Source: Thermomicrobiales bacterium (GTDB taxonomy: Bacteria; Chloroflexota; Chloroflexia; Thermomicrobiales; UBA6265). From it: 64,000 nucleotides of DNA. The stretch covers positions 21,551 through 85,550 of the forward strand of contig JAMLHN010000004.1 of NCBI GenBank assembly GCA_023957115.1. The letters are read 5' to 3'. Shown here piece by piece: positions 1-8,370 of the stretch. The translations under genes were made by a program, and so were the position numbers. The first letter of the stretch is position 1. The number at the start of each line of letters is the position of its first letter. The notes under the pieces were generated by a model. The model was not told the DNA's origin. It made no database searches and saw only the letters and a program-made list of their open reading frames with translations.

Positions 1-271
1 CTGGCGCCGACCAGACCTCATGCCGGCTCAAGCCAGTCGCCGCCATTCGCATCGTGTCCACCGGTCGCTTCACCATCCAGCCACCGGAGAACGGTCTGGT
101 CCCCATTCCGCCCGCCCTGCGATGCAGCCGCGAACCCAATTCCCGGACGATTCCTACACCTATTCCACGGAAGTGCCTCGAGACGCGCTCGTTGCCAATG
201 CCCAACAATTGGCCTCCGAAGCCAGCAGCGATTTGCTCCAACGATTTAGGGAGTTAGGAGCTAGGATTTAG
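1..271 (+). CDS. 3' end of an unidentified CDS entering from the left edge (frame ambiguous)
   Basis: Frame 3 has strong GC3 bias to ~nt 120 (..IRIVSTGRFTIQPPENGLVPIPPAL). Coding-like signal then continues in frame 2 from ATG 122 (MQPRTQFPDDSYTYSTEVPRDALVANAQQLASEASSDLLQRF, stop 269-271). No family recognised. Confidence 0.25.
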   Translation, partial: WRRPDLMPAQASRRHSHRVHRSLHHPATGERSGPHSARPAMQPRTQFPDDSYTYSTEVPRDALVANAQQLASEASSDLLQRFRELGARI

Positions 272-279
272 GAGTTAGA
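245..279. repeat. heptamer tandem array, 5 units (TTTAGGG AGTTAGG AGCTAGG ATTTAGG AGTTAGA)
   Basis: 7-nt periodicity read directly; same unit family as 36365-36420. Confidence 0.8.
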
Positions 280-344
280 GCGAATTTCAGAATGGTTGAC
301 CCTCCGGCGGAGTCGGGCCGCTGCGGACCACCCGCTGCGGCGGG

Positions 345-372
345 GAGATGCTTCGTTCCTCAGCATGACAAG
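345..372 (+). repeat. dispersed motif copy GAGATGCTTCGTTCCTCAGCATGACAAG
   Basis: Shares the GAGAT.CTTC..CTCAG.ATGAC frame with 4 other copies; inverted pentamers ATGCT/AGCAT. Confidence 0.7.
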
Positions 373-440
373 CGGGTATTGCGGGGACAACCATGCTGAA
401 AACGGCTGTAGAAACGACGGGTCCCGGGACCTGATCTCCC

Positions 441-496
441 CAGTCCCTTCAGCCAGGTCCCAGCTCCCAAGTCCCACCCTACTCAGGACCCAGGGC
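441..496. repeat. degenerate heptamer array, opposite orientation (CAGTCCC TTCAGCC AGGTCCC AGCTCCC AAGTCCC ACCCTAC TCAGGAC CCAGGGC)
   Basis: 7-nt periodicity; reverse complement gives GGGACTT/GGGAGCT units like the forward arrays. Confidence 0.6.
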
Positions 497-511
497 TCAA
501 AACCGCTCCAA

Positions 512-1693
512 TCATCCGGATACGGAAATGAGCGTGAGGGAGAGCGGCTCGCTCGTCAGGTTGCGCAACGTCACCAAGCCGCTGCCCTGGACCAATCCGG
601 CACAATTCGCCTCGATCTGGGCCGATCCCGCCACGGCCTCCGGCCAGCGATTCGCATCCAGCTTCGAGACCGTCCCGTTCGGGATGGCCATCTGGAGGAC
701 ACCCCTATCGACCACAACCAGAACGGCGGACCCGGCGGGCTGCTGGAGATCGAGCGTTTCTCCTGCATGCAGGGCGATCTGGACCGCTCGATGCTCGGTT
801 CCGGGCCGCGGGTCGTGCCAGAGCCCATTCCAGAGCAGGGTAACCGGCGCATCCTGTGCGATGGCGTTCACTCCCCCCATCACCGGTGCATGATCGACCG
901 CTGCGATTCGATCGGCGGTGTAGAGGAGGGCCGAGGCAGCGGACCCCGCCGCGGTCCAGAGCCGCACGCGCATCCCCGGATCGATCGCCACAAATCCACC
1001 GCTTGCCACGATCGTCGCGGGACCGAGGTCGTTCCGCAGGGTGGTTTGCACGACAACCGATCCTGATTCGACGAGCAGGATGCCGGCGCCGGTCGAATGC
1101 CATTCCGCTTCGCTCGGTCCGGCCAGCTCGATACGCCGCAGCGTTGCGGCGATCCCGGTCGTACTGGAGATTCTCACTGGGCCATCTATCATCATAGAGA
1201 GCCCGAGGCCAGGCAATCCGCTGGACCAGCGATCGATCAGCTTGCCACGTGCTACGCGGATGACCTCGTACCGGGGGGCTGGCGCCGGCGGTTCGATCCG
1301 CAATGCCGCCACTTCGATCGGTCCCAGCACCACCGGCCGGATCCCCACGATCAGCGTGTCGCCCACCGCATCGAGCGAGATCACCTCCAGGCGAATGCGC
1401 TGCAACGAGGCGCCCAACGCCCGCACCTCGTCCAGGAACTCCGTCCCCGTTCGGCTGGTCCCGCCTTCGGAATGGCGATCGACAAAGATCGACGAGAGCA
1501 GATGCTCCAGCGGTTCCGGAGACGCCCCGTCCAGCGCCGCATTCAGGGCGGTGTAAAACGCCCGAGCTGTTTCGGTGTTGGGTGTATCGGTTGTGGATTC
1601 ACGCGCCAACGGCGCCGCGTCGAACATCGTTCTGGAGGTGAATCCGGCAAGTACCGCAATGGCGAGCAGAAGCAGGAGACGTGCGTGTCGCAT
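512..1693 (-). CDS. secreted hypothetical protein (NTF2/SnoaL-like N-terminal part plus beta-rich cupin-like halves)
   Basis: 393-aa ORF with signal peptide MRHARLLLLLAIAVLAGF; no catalytic motif recognised. Confidence 0.6.
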   Translation of the reverse strand: MRHARLLLLLAIAVLAGFTSRTMFDAAPLARESTTDTPNTETARAFYTALNAALDGASPEPLEHLLSSIFVDRHSEGGTSRTGTEFLDEVRALGASLQRIRLEVISLDAVGDTLIVGIRPVVLGPIEVAALRIEPPAPAPRYEVIRVARGKLIDRWSSGLPGLGLSMMIDGPVRISSTTGIAATLRRIELAGPSEAEWHSTGAGILLVESGSVVVQTTLRNDLGPATIVASGGFVAIDPGMRVRLWTAAGSAASALLYTADRIAAVDHAPVMGGVNAIAQDAPVTLLWNGLWHDPRPGTEHRAVQIALHAGETLDLQQPAGSAVLVVVDRGVLQMAIPNGTVSKLDANRWPEAVAGSAQIEANCAGLVQGSGLVTLRNLTSEPLSLTLISVSG

Positions 1694-1970
1694 ACGGATC
1701 CCCTCCTTCGTGCTGGAACGACACCGGGCGAGGGCATCGATTGTCTACCACTCGGGTCCATTCCCCATGACGATTGCTCGTTCATTCTTGCGCTCTCGAG
1801 CGCCGGACACCACGCAACGAGCCCACCGTTTTCCCACCGATCACGCACCGAATCGAACGCTGGGCAACGTCACAGCGTTGTCTCGCTCCCGGTATGCTGT
1901 CGCAAACCGGCCGATGACCTGCCAGCAAGTTCGTCCTCTCCCAGTCGGCAGGATGCCATCGCGAAACGGA

Positions 1971-2216
1971 TCAAACCTCGTTGGCGACGTTGCGCCGTAT
2001 GACCTCCAGCACCGTTTCATGCTCGGTCGGTGGACTGAACTCCACGAATTCCGCGTCGGTTTCCACCAGTGCCGTATGCCCAGGCGGGAGATAGAACAAA
2101 TCTCCGGCGTCCAGCAACTCTGCGCCATCCCGGTACGTTACCCTGATGCGCCCCGAGATGACATATCCCCAATGCGGACAGGGGCCACGCTGACCAGCTT
2201 TTGCAGTGCGCTCATC
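1971..2216 (-). pseudogene. 5'-truncated small cupin (C-terminal ~80 aa only)
   Basis: Frame encodes ..GPCPHWGYVISGRIRVTYRDGAELLDAGDLFYLPPGHTALVETDAEFVEFSPPTEHETVLEVIRRNVANEV*. No ATG/GTG/TTG lies upstream of the cupin core, and there is an in-frame TGA at 2217-2219. The missing N-terminal half would lie under the arsR-family promoter and gene. Confidence 0.6.
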
Positions 2217-2232
2217 TCATACTCGTCCCATC

Positions 2233-2262
2233 TTGACAGGTGACCATATAGTCACCTATTAT
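2233..2262 (+). promoter_or_regulatory. sigma70-like promoter TTGACA-18-TATTAT with embedded palindrome GGTGAC-N6-GTCACC
   Basis: TTGACA 2233-2238, TATTAT 2257-2262, inverted repeat 2239-2256 inside the spacer. ATG 2272 is only 10 nt after the -10 box, so the mRNA would be near-leaderless. Confidence 0.5.
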
Positions 2263-2271
2263 GCGGGTGCG

Positions 2272-3060
2272 ATGGAAGATATGGAGCCCGTCTTTCGGGC
2301 GCTTGCCGATCCGAACCGACGTTACCTGCTCGACTTGCTCCACGAGCGGGACGGGCAAACCCTGTTGGAGCTCCAGGGTCATTTGCCGATGACCCGGTTC
2401 GGCGTCATGAAGCACCTGAAGATCCTCGAAGAGGCCGGTCTGGTGGTCACCCGCCGATCCGGACGGGAAAAGCTCCACTATCTCAATCGCGTCCCGATTC
2501 AAATGGTCTACGACCGCTGGGTGCTGAAGTTCGCCCAGCCGGTCGCCCAGTCACTCACGCTCCTGAAATACGGTCTGGAGGACCCTTCGATGATCGAGTC
2601 GCCTACCCTCGTTACAAATGTCTATGAGGTCGTCATTCGCACGACCCCGGAGAAGCTTTGGCATGCGCTCACCGATGGCAGCATGACCAGGCAGTACTAC
2701 TTCGGCACCGCAGTCGAGTCGGATTGGAAACCGGGCTCGCCCTATCGCATGGTGACTGAGGACGGTTTCAACATGCTCTCCGGCGAGGTGCTGGAGATCG
2801 ATGAGCCGCGCAAGCTCGTCATGACCTTCCAGCCGCATTGGGATGAGGACGCCGAGAAAGCGGGGTACACCACCCGCGTGACCTACGAGATCGAGGCGCT
2901 CGGTCCGGAAATGGTCAAGCTCACCACCGTGCACGAAGGGCTCGACCCATCGCTGAAGGTCACCGCCGGGTTCCACGACGGCTGGGTGCTCATCTCATCC
3001 AGTCTCAAGACGCTGCTCGAAACCGGACAACCGTTGCCCTCGGTGCCAGGCGACATGTAG
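2272..3060 (+). CDS. ArsR-family wHTH regulator fused to an SRPBCC/AHSA1-like domain
   Basis: N-terminus FRALADPNRRYLLDLL..LPMTRFGVMKHLKILEEAGLV (ArsR/SmtB HTH). The C-terminal ~150 aa resemble the Activator-of-Hsp90-ATPase/SRPBCC fold. Start at M23 of the ORF (2272; 2281 also possible). Confidence 0.8.
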   Translation: MEDMEPVFRALADPNRRYLLDLLHERDGQTLLELQGHLPMTRFGVMKHLKILEEAGLVVTRRSGREKLHYLNRVPIQMVYDRWVLKFAQPVAQSLTLLKYGLEDPSMIESPTLVTNVYEVVIRTTPEKLWHALTDGSMTRQYYFGTAVESDWKPGSPYRMVTEDGFNMLSGEVLEIDEPRKLVMTFQPHWDEDAEKAGYTTRVTYEIEALGPEMVKLTTVHEGLDPSLKVTAGFHDGWVLISSSLKTLLETGQPLPSVPGDM

Positions 3061-3246
3061 ACCGTTTCCCAGGCAGCGCCACGCCCACAACGAATCCTCT
3101 CCTCGGTAAGGACACGTCGGACCGGTGCATCGGTCTGACGTGTCTGCCCAGATGTTCCGCTTCTCGTTCCGGGACAGCGCGCTGCGCAACCACGTCGTTG
3201 CCGATATCCTGTCGCAAGCGAACGAACACGATCTCGAGGAGCAGCA

Positions 3247-3828
3247 ATGTCGCAGGAATCACTCTCGTCACGTTGGGAACGCCTGGTCCTTTGCGGAGCG
3301 GTTGTCTTCGCACTACTGGCCGGGGTCGTCGGATTTTCGATGGAGGACGAACGACCGGTCTCCGCCTCGACGCCGGGCGCGTCTCCTGTTGCGGAATCGG
3401 CGACGCCACCGGTCCGGGAGGTCCTGGTTGCCGGAGATCCCAATGCGGCCGATGGGCAGGTGCTCCAGTTGGTGCGGTATCACATCCCGGCCGGGATGAC
3501 GCTGCCGATGCACACCCATCCGGGAATGCAGATTGCCTACATCGAAGCCGGTGTGCTGACCTACACCGTGGTGACGGGTGGGGAGATTCCGATCACCCAA
3601 GGTCCGAACAGCGACAGTCCCGGCGCAACCGAGCTGCTCGGACCGGGCGAGACGACCGAGCTGCATCCGGGGGACGCGGTCGTGGAGGTCGACGGCGTGG
3701 TGCATTTCGGCGCGAATCTGGGCGCCGAGCCGGTGATCATTCTGGCCTCGACCTTGCTCGATCCGAACCAACCCGCGGCGGTCGAGTACATCGAGGCGGC
3801 ATCTCCAGTCGCGTCCCCGATGGCCTGA
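3247..3828 (+). CDS. membrane-anchored/secreted cupin-domain protein
   Basis: N-terminal hydrophobic segment LVLCGAVVFALLAGVVGF, then a cupin core (PMHTHPGMQIAYIEAG..GDAVVEVDGVVHFGAN). Confidence 0.7.
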   Translation: MSQESLSSRWERLVLCGAVVFALLAGVVGFSMEDERPVSASTPGASPVAESATPPVREVLVAGDPNAADGQVLQLVRYHIPAGMTLPMHTHPGMQIAYIEAGVLTYTVVTGGEIPITQGPNSDSPGATELLGPGETTELHPGDAVVEVDGVVHFGANLGAEPVIILASTLLDPNQPAAVEYIEAASPVASPMA

Positions 3829-3933
3829 TACAGCATTCGGGGTAATGACGCAGGCGTGCCAGCCCCGTGTCCTGGAGCCAGCGGACCGCCCGGGGCGGAC
3901 GCGTCCCACCATGGAAACGATGTTCACGTCGAG

Positions 3934-3960
3934 TCTATATATTGACGAACATCTATATAT
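3934..3960. promoter_or_regulatory. direct repeats TCTATATAT (3934-3942, 3952-3960), 18-bp spacing
   Basis: AT-rich island in the 404-bp gap upstream of acr3; same GTCTAT core as the 4133-4148 palindrome. Confidence 0.35.
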
Positions 3961-4080
3961 GATGCTACGCTCTGGACATGAATTCAGGCAAGCTGGCCGA
4001 TGACTGCGCGATCCCGACGCAGGGCGCAAGGCAGTGGCCGATCGACACGGCGTCGCGGCATTTCCACACCTGTTTGGCCC

Positions 4081-4122
4081 GGTGGCTCTCCTGGGGTCAT
4101 CCGCCACCTGATCGTTTTTTTT
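4081..4122 (+). terminator. weak intrinsic terminator (GGTGGC..GCCACC stem then T8)
   Basis: 6-bp stem 4081-4086/4103-4108, then TTTTTTTT at 4115-4122, downstream of the cupin gene. Confidence 0.35.
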
Positions 4123-4130
4123 CGAATCAT

Positions 4131-4150
4131 AGATAGACCGTCGTCTATAT
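4131..4150. promoter_or_regulatory. palindrome ATAGAC-CGTC-GTCTAT, candidate ArsR/SmtB-type operator of acr3
   Basis: Inverted repeat 4133-4138/4143-4148 about 85 nt upstream of the acr3 ATG. Confidence 0.4.
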
Positions 4151-4232
4151 TGCACGAAGCGGCGACCGCCTCGATAGAGGAGCTCGTCACCCGCCCGGCC
4201 CTCCCTGGCCGGCAGAGGAGAACACTCCGGTC

Positions 4233-5336
4233 ATGGCAACGGTATCGCAACCAACGATCGACACGGCTTCGACACCGGCGAACCGGCTGTCGGCCATCGA
4301 TCGATTGCTACCGCTTTGGATTCTGCTCGCCATGGCACTTGGACTCGCCCTCGGCAACGTCTTTCCGGGAATCGGCGCACAGCTCAACCGCGTGACCGTC
4401 ACCGGCGTCTCGTTGCCGCTGGCGCTCGGCTTGCTCTGGATGATGTATCCCGTGCTGGCCAAAGTCCGCTTCGAAACGCTGGGCCGGTTTCAAGGGCGGC
4501 GCGAGCTTTTTGGTCTTTCGATGGTGCTGAACTGGATCGTCGGTCCAGTGCTGATGTTCGGATTGGCCTGGGTCTTTCTGCCAGACGAGCCCGCGTATCG
4601 CAACGGCCTGATCCTGATCGGTCTGGCACGCTGCATTGCCATGGTGTTGATCTGGAACTCGCTGGCCTGCGGCGATGGCGACGTGGCCGCTGTGCTGGTG
4701 GCATTCAACGCGGTGTTTCAGATTCTGATGTATTCCGTGCTGGGCTGGCTCTTCCTGACGGAAATTCCCGGCTGGTTCGGCGCGGAAACCACGGCGCTCG
4801 ATGTCTCGATGTGGGAGATCGCGAGGAACGTGCTGATCTTTCTCGGCATTCCGTTGCTGGCCGCCATCGTCTCGCGCATTGTGCTGGTGCGCTCGAAGGG
4901 CAGCGCCTGGTACGAGGACCGCTATCTGCCGAAAATCGGTCCCACGGCGCTGCTCGGGCTGCTCTATACGATCGTCATCATGTTCGCCATGCAGGGAGAT
5001 CAGGTGCTGGACAATCCGTTCGACGTGCTGCGCATCGCCCTGCCGCTAGTCGTCTACTTCGGAACGATGTTCTTCATCGCGTTCTTCAGTGCCCGGCGAA
5101 TCGGCCTGGACTATGAGGAGACGGCGGCCGTCGCGTTCACCGCCGCCGGCAACAATTTCGAGCTGGCGATTGCGGTCGCAATCGGTGTCTTCGGTGTGAC
5201 ATCGGGTGAAGCCCTGGCAGGCGTCGTTGGGCCATTGATCGAAGTCCCGGTCCTCATCGCGCTGGTCTACGTCTCACTCTGGCTCCGCGGGCGCTATTTT
5301 CCCGCGGCGCCGGCCCAGAGCACCATGTCCGTTTGA
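4233..5336 (+). CDS. acr3: arsenite efflux permease, ACR3 family
   Basis: 367 aa, about 10 TM segments, N-terminal LSAIDRLLPLWILLAMALGLALG typical of ACR3. Confidence 0.9.
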   Translation: MATVSQPTIDTASTPANRLSAIDRLLPLWILLAMALGLALGNVFPGIGAQLNRVTVTGVSLPLALGLLWMMYPVLAKVRFETLGRFQGRRELFGLSMVLNWIVGPVLMFGLAWVFLPDEPAYRNGLILIGLARCIAMVLIWNSLACGDGDVAAVLVAFNAVFQILMYSVLGWLFLTEIPGWFGAETTALDVSMWEIARNVLIFLGIPLLAAIVSRIVLVRSKGSAWYEDRYLPKIGPTALLGLLYTIVIMFAMQGDQVLDNPFDVLRIALPLVVYFGTMFFIAFFSARRIGLDYEETAAVAFTAAGNNFELAIAVAIGVFGVTSGEALAGVVGPLIEVPVLIALVYVSLWLRGRYFPAAPAQSTMSV

Positions 5337-5358
5337 CGGGATACCCCAGGAGATCGTG

Positions 5359-5718
5359 ATGACCGTCATTTCACCGAGTGGCAAGCCGAAACGCTCGCTC
5401 CAGTCGATGAGCATCGAGCGCCGGTACCGCAATGCGATCCGTCTCTTTCTGGCGGGAGAGTTGCCGAACTTCGATCACCAGCGTCATGTCGATATCGCCA
5501 ATATCCTGCATAACCTTCCCTTCGGCCGCGAGCTGATGCACCTTGGATTGCAAACCATGGCCTACCGCAACTTCGTGCCGGACAAGTACAGTGCCGAGAT
5601 CACCAATTTCCACTGGGACCGATTGGACGGCACACTGCCCGATCCGGAGCGATTCGCCGATCTCCCCGGCGGCGCGGCCGGCGAGCCACACGCGGCTGTC
5701 GCGGAGACTCGACCATGA
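5359..5718 (+). CDS. hypothetical 119-aa protein embedded in the ars operon
   Basis: AGGAG 6 nt before ATG 5359; stop overlaps the arsC start (ATGA at 5715-5718); no Cys, no recognised motif. Confidence 0.6.
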   Translation: MTVISPSGKPKRSLQSMSIERRYRNAIRLFLAGELPNFDHQRHVDIANILHNLPFGRELMHLGLQTMAYRNFVPDKYSAEITNFHWDRLDGTLPDPERFADLPGGAAGEPHAAVAETRP

Positions 5719-6152
5719 CCGCTCCAGCCCGCGTGCTCTTTCTGTGCACCCACAACAGCGCGCGCTCGCAGATGGCGGAAGGATTGCTGCGAGCCGCCTA
5801 TGGCGCGCGCGTCGAGGCGTTCAGCGCCGGAACGGAAGCGTCTCACGTCCGTCCAGAGGCCATCGCCGTGATGCGTGAACTGGGCATCGACCTCTCCGGG
5901 GCAGAAAGCAAGACGCTCGATCGCTATCTTGGTGAGCCGTTCGACCTGGTCATTACCGTGTGCGACGACGCCAACGACGCTTGTCCATTCTTCCCGCATG
6001 CACGGCAACGGCTTCACTGGAGCTTTCCGGATCCGTCGGCGGTCACTGGTCCAGAAGAAGAGCGCCTGAACGCATTCCGCCAGGCTCGCGACGCAATCGG
6101 CACCCGGATCGATGCCCTGGCCCCGACCTTTGGCGCAGTGCAGAACGGCTGA
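5715..6152 (+). CDS. arsC: arsenate reductase, LMW-PTP (thioredoxin-coupled) type
   Basis: P-loop CTHNSARS (CX5R) plus VITVCDDANDACP with the second and third Cys. Confidence 0.9.
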   Translation: MTAPARVLFLCTHNSARSQMAEGLLRAAYGARVEAFSAGTEASHVRPEAIAVMRELGIDLSGAESKTLDRYLGEPFDLVITVCDDANDACPFFPHARQRLHWSFPDPSAVTGPEEERLNAFRQARDAIGTRIDALAPTFGAVQNG

Positions 6153-6240
6153 CACACGAGCACGCGGGGACCGGCGCCGCCGGTTCTCGGCCTGCGGTCG
6201 ATTGCCCGGCACAGCGCCTGCGCTCCAAGCCGCCGGGGCG

Positions 6241-7197
6241 TTATCGGCCGCTTCGGGCCAGCTCGTCCAACGCGTCTTTGAACCGAAGCTGCGCCTCGGG
6301 ACTGGATATCTGAAGCAGGTGGCCCAAGAGGCCCTGAATCATCGAGAGCGGCGCGACGAACGAGCGAATTGCCGTCTCTCCTTCGGTCACCTGCACGAAG
6401 ACCGCATCCGCGGCCCGGGCCGTGGCCGAGTACGCAGAGTCGGTGATGGCTGCGGTAAAGACCCCCCGTGACTGCGCCCAGGCAATCGTCTTCGCGAGCC
6501 CGCCTTCGGATTGACCGAACTCGATGGCAATCAGGCAATCCCCCGCTCCAAGCGGTGCGATTGCTTCGACAAGATCTCCGCCGCCACGCAGCTCGGTAAG
6601 CGACCGAAATCCCAACAACCGGAGATAGTGGCCGAGCAAAAGCGCAATCGCCCCGTCCACTCCATTCGCCGCCACGACGACTCCGGATGACGCCGCAATG
6701 CGCCGCGCCAAATCGATGATGGCCGACCGATCGACCATCAAGGTGTGCAACGACCGTCGCAGATTATCGATGTCCCGGTGGACCTGACCCTCGAAGATAT
6801 CGCGTCGCGACCGCGACAGATTCTCCAGCGATTCGAGCGGGCGGAGCGTCCGAAGATACGCCGCGCGGACGACCTCCTGGAACGCAGGGTAGCCGGAATA
6901 CCCCAATGCCTGAGCGAACCGAACGACCGTGGCGGTGCTCATCTCGACGCTTCGGCCGATCTCCGAAGCCGAGGCGAACGCCACCACGGACGGGTTCTCG
7001 GCGAGGAATTGCGCCAGGCGTTGATGGTTGGGACTGAGGCGATCGAACTGCTCAACAGTCAGGGGGAGCCCCGCGGGGGTCTTCGGAAGACTCACGTCGA
7101 CGGACGGCACACGTACTCCTATCTCGGTCGTCTGGACCCTCGTGTCTGTGGACTCTATCAGAATGGCACCCCCCTTGCAAAGATCATTGCAATGCAT
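6241..7197 (-). CDS. RpiR/MurR-family transcriptional regulator (HTH + SIS domain)
   Basis: HTH region ASASEIGRSVEMSTATVVRFAQALGYSGY and a SIS-like C-terminal half. The ORF is open to 7347 but that extension is Cys/Arg-rich. Start set at M51; GTG starts near 7100 are also possible. Confidence 0.75.
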   Translation of the reverse strand: MHCNDLCKGGAILIESTDTRVQTTEIGVRVPSVDVSLPKTPAGLPLTVEQFDRLSPNHQRLAQFLAENPSVVAFASASEIGRSVEMSTATVVRFAQALGYSGYPAFQEVVRAAYLRTLRPLESLENLSRSRRDIFEGQVHRDIDNLRRSLHTLMVDRSAIIDLARRIAASSGVVVAANGVDGAIALLLGHYLRLLGFRSLTELRGGGDLVEAIAPLGAGDCLIAIEFGQSEGGLAKTIAWAQSRGVFTAAITDSAYSATARAADAVFVQVTEGETAIRSFVAPLSMIQGLLGHLLQISSPEAQLRFKDALDELARSGR

Positions 7198-7448
7198 ATA
7201 CCCTTGCAAAGACCAGTGCACCACCATCTCGTGGACAGACAAGCAATCTCCGGCGAGCCAATATCGAAACCGACGGCAATACGACGTTTCATCTTTCCTG
7301 ACCGGCAGGAAACAACGACAGGCCCTCCGAATATGGCGACTCGGCAACTATACGCAATCCAAAATGGCCGCGCTTTCGCGAGTGCGTTCCCAACTTTTCA
7401 CGCCATGACGCGCCGCTTACTGAGACCAGCGCGATTCTGGAGGAGCTC

Positions 7449-8369
7449 ATGGCTCGCTTCATAACGCGCCGGCTAGCTCAAGCCCTGGTGGTGCTCTTCG
7501 GGGTGAGTATCGTGGTGTTCGTGCTGGTGCGCATCACCGGAGACCCAACCGCGCTGCTGGTTTCGGCCGATGCGCGTCCCGAGGATATCGAGCGCTACCG
7601 CACGTCACTCGGGTTGGACCGGCCATGGCACGAACAGTATCTCCACTTCGTTGGGCATGCGCTTCGCGGGGATTTCGGCAACTCGTTCCGGCATCGAGAA
7701 CCTGCAATTGCGCTGGTGCTCGAGCGGATCCCAAACACGCTCATGCTGACGGGAGCCGCGATGCTGCTGGCCTACTCTCTGCCAATCCTGGCGGGATTGC
7801 TCTCGGCCATGCGTCCCAATACCGCGCTCGATGCATTGATTCGAGGCATCGCAATCTGCGCGCAGGCGGCCCCCTCGTTTTGGCTCGGTCTCGTGCTGAT
7901 GATGATCTTCTCGGTCCGGCTGGACTGGCTCCCGCCGACCGGGTCGAGCACGCTTCGGGGCATCATCCTCCCGGCGATCACCCTCAGCGCCTTTTTCATG
8001 GCCACCAATGTCCGCCTCTTGCGTTCGTCCATGCTGGAGGTTCTGAGCCGCGACTACGTGCGAACCGCCCGCGCCAAGGGCTTATCGGAATCCCTCGCGA
8101 TACGACGTCACGCATTCAAGAATGCAGCTATCCCCCTGGTGACGATGGCCGGGATTCAGTTCGCTTCCATGATCGGCGGGGCGATCGTCACCGAGACCGT
8201 CTTCGCCTATCCCGGGATGGGTCTGCTCGCCATTCAATCGATTCAGTCGCGTGACTATCCGGTCATCCAGGCCTTCGTTCTCGTTTCCGCCATCACCATC
8301 GTCGTCGTCAATCTGCTGATCGATCTGGCTTACGTCTGGCTCGACCCGCGTATCGGATTGGAGGGTTGA
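7449..8369 (+). CDS. ABC peptide/nickel-type importer permease (DppB/OppB-like)
   Basis: MARFITRRLAQALVVLFGVSIVVF, an EAA-loop region, 6 TM; GGAGGAG RBS. Confidence 0.9.
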   Translation: MARFITRRLAQALVVLFGVSIVVFVLVRITGDPTALLVSADARPEDIERYRTSLGLDRPWHEQYLHFVGHALRGDFGNSFRHREPAIALVLERIPNTLMLTGAAMLLAYSLPILAGLLSAMRPNTALDALIRGIAICAQAAPSFWLGLVLMMIFSVRLDWLPPTGSSTLRGIILPAITLSAFFMATNVRLLRSSMLEVLSRDYVRTARAKGLSESLAIRRHAFKNAAIPLVTMAGIQFASMIGGAIVTETVFAYPGMGLLAIQSIQSRDYPVIQAFVLVSAITIVVVNLLIDLAYVWLDPRIGLEG

Positions 8370-8370
8370 C

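Noticed and set aside
6241-7347. Full-length 368-aa version of the RpiR ORF
   Set aside because: The first 50 codons are Cys/Arg-rich and extend into the divergent promoter region. RpiR proteins are usually ~280-320 aa, so I trimmed to 7197 (later GTG starts remain possible).
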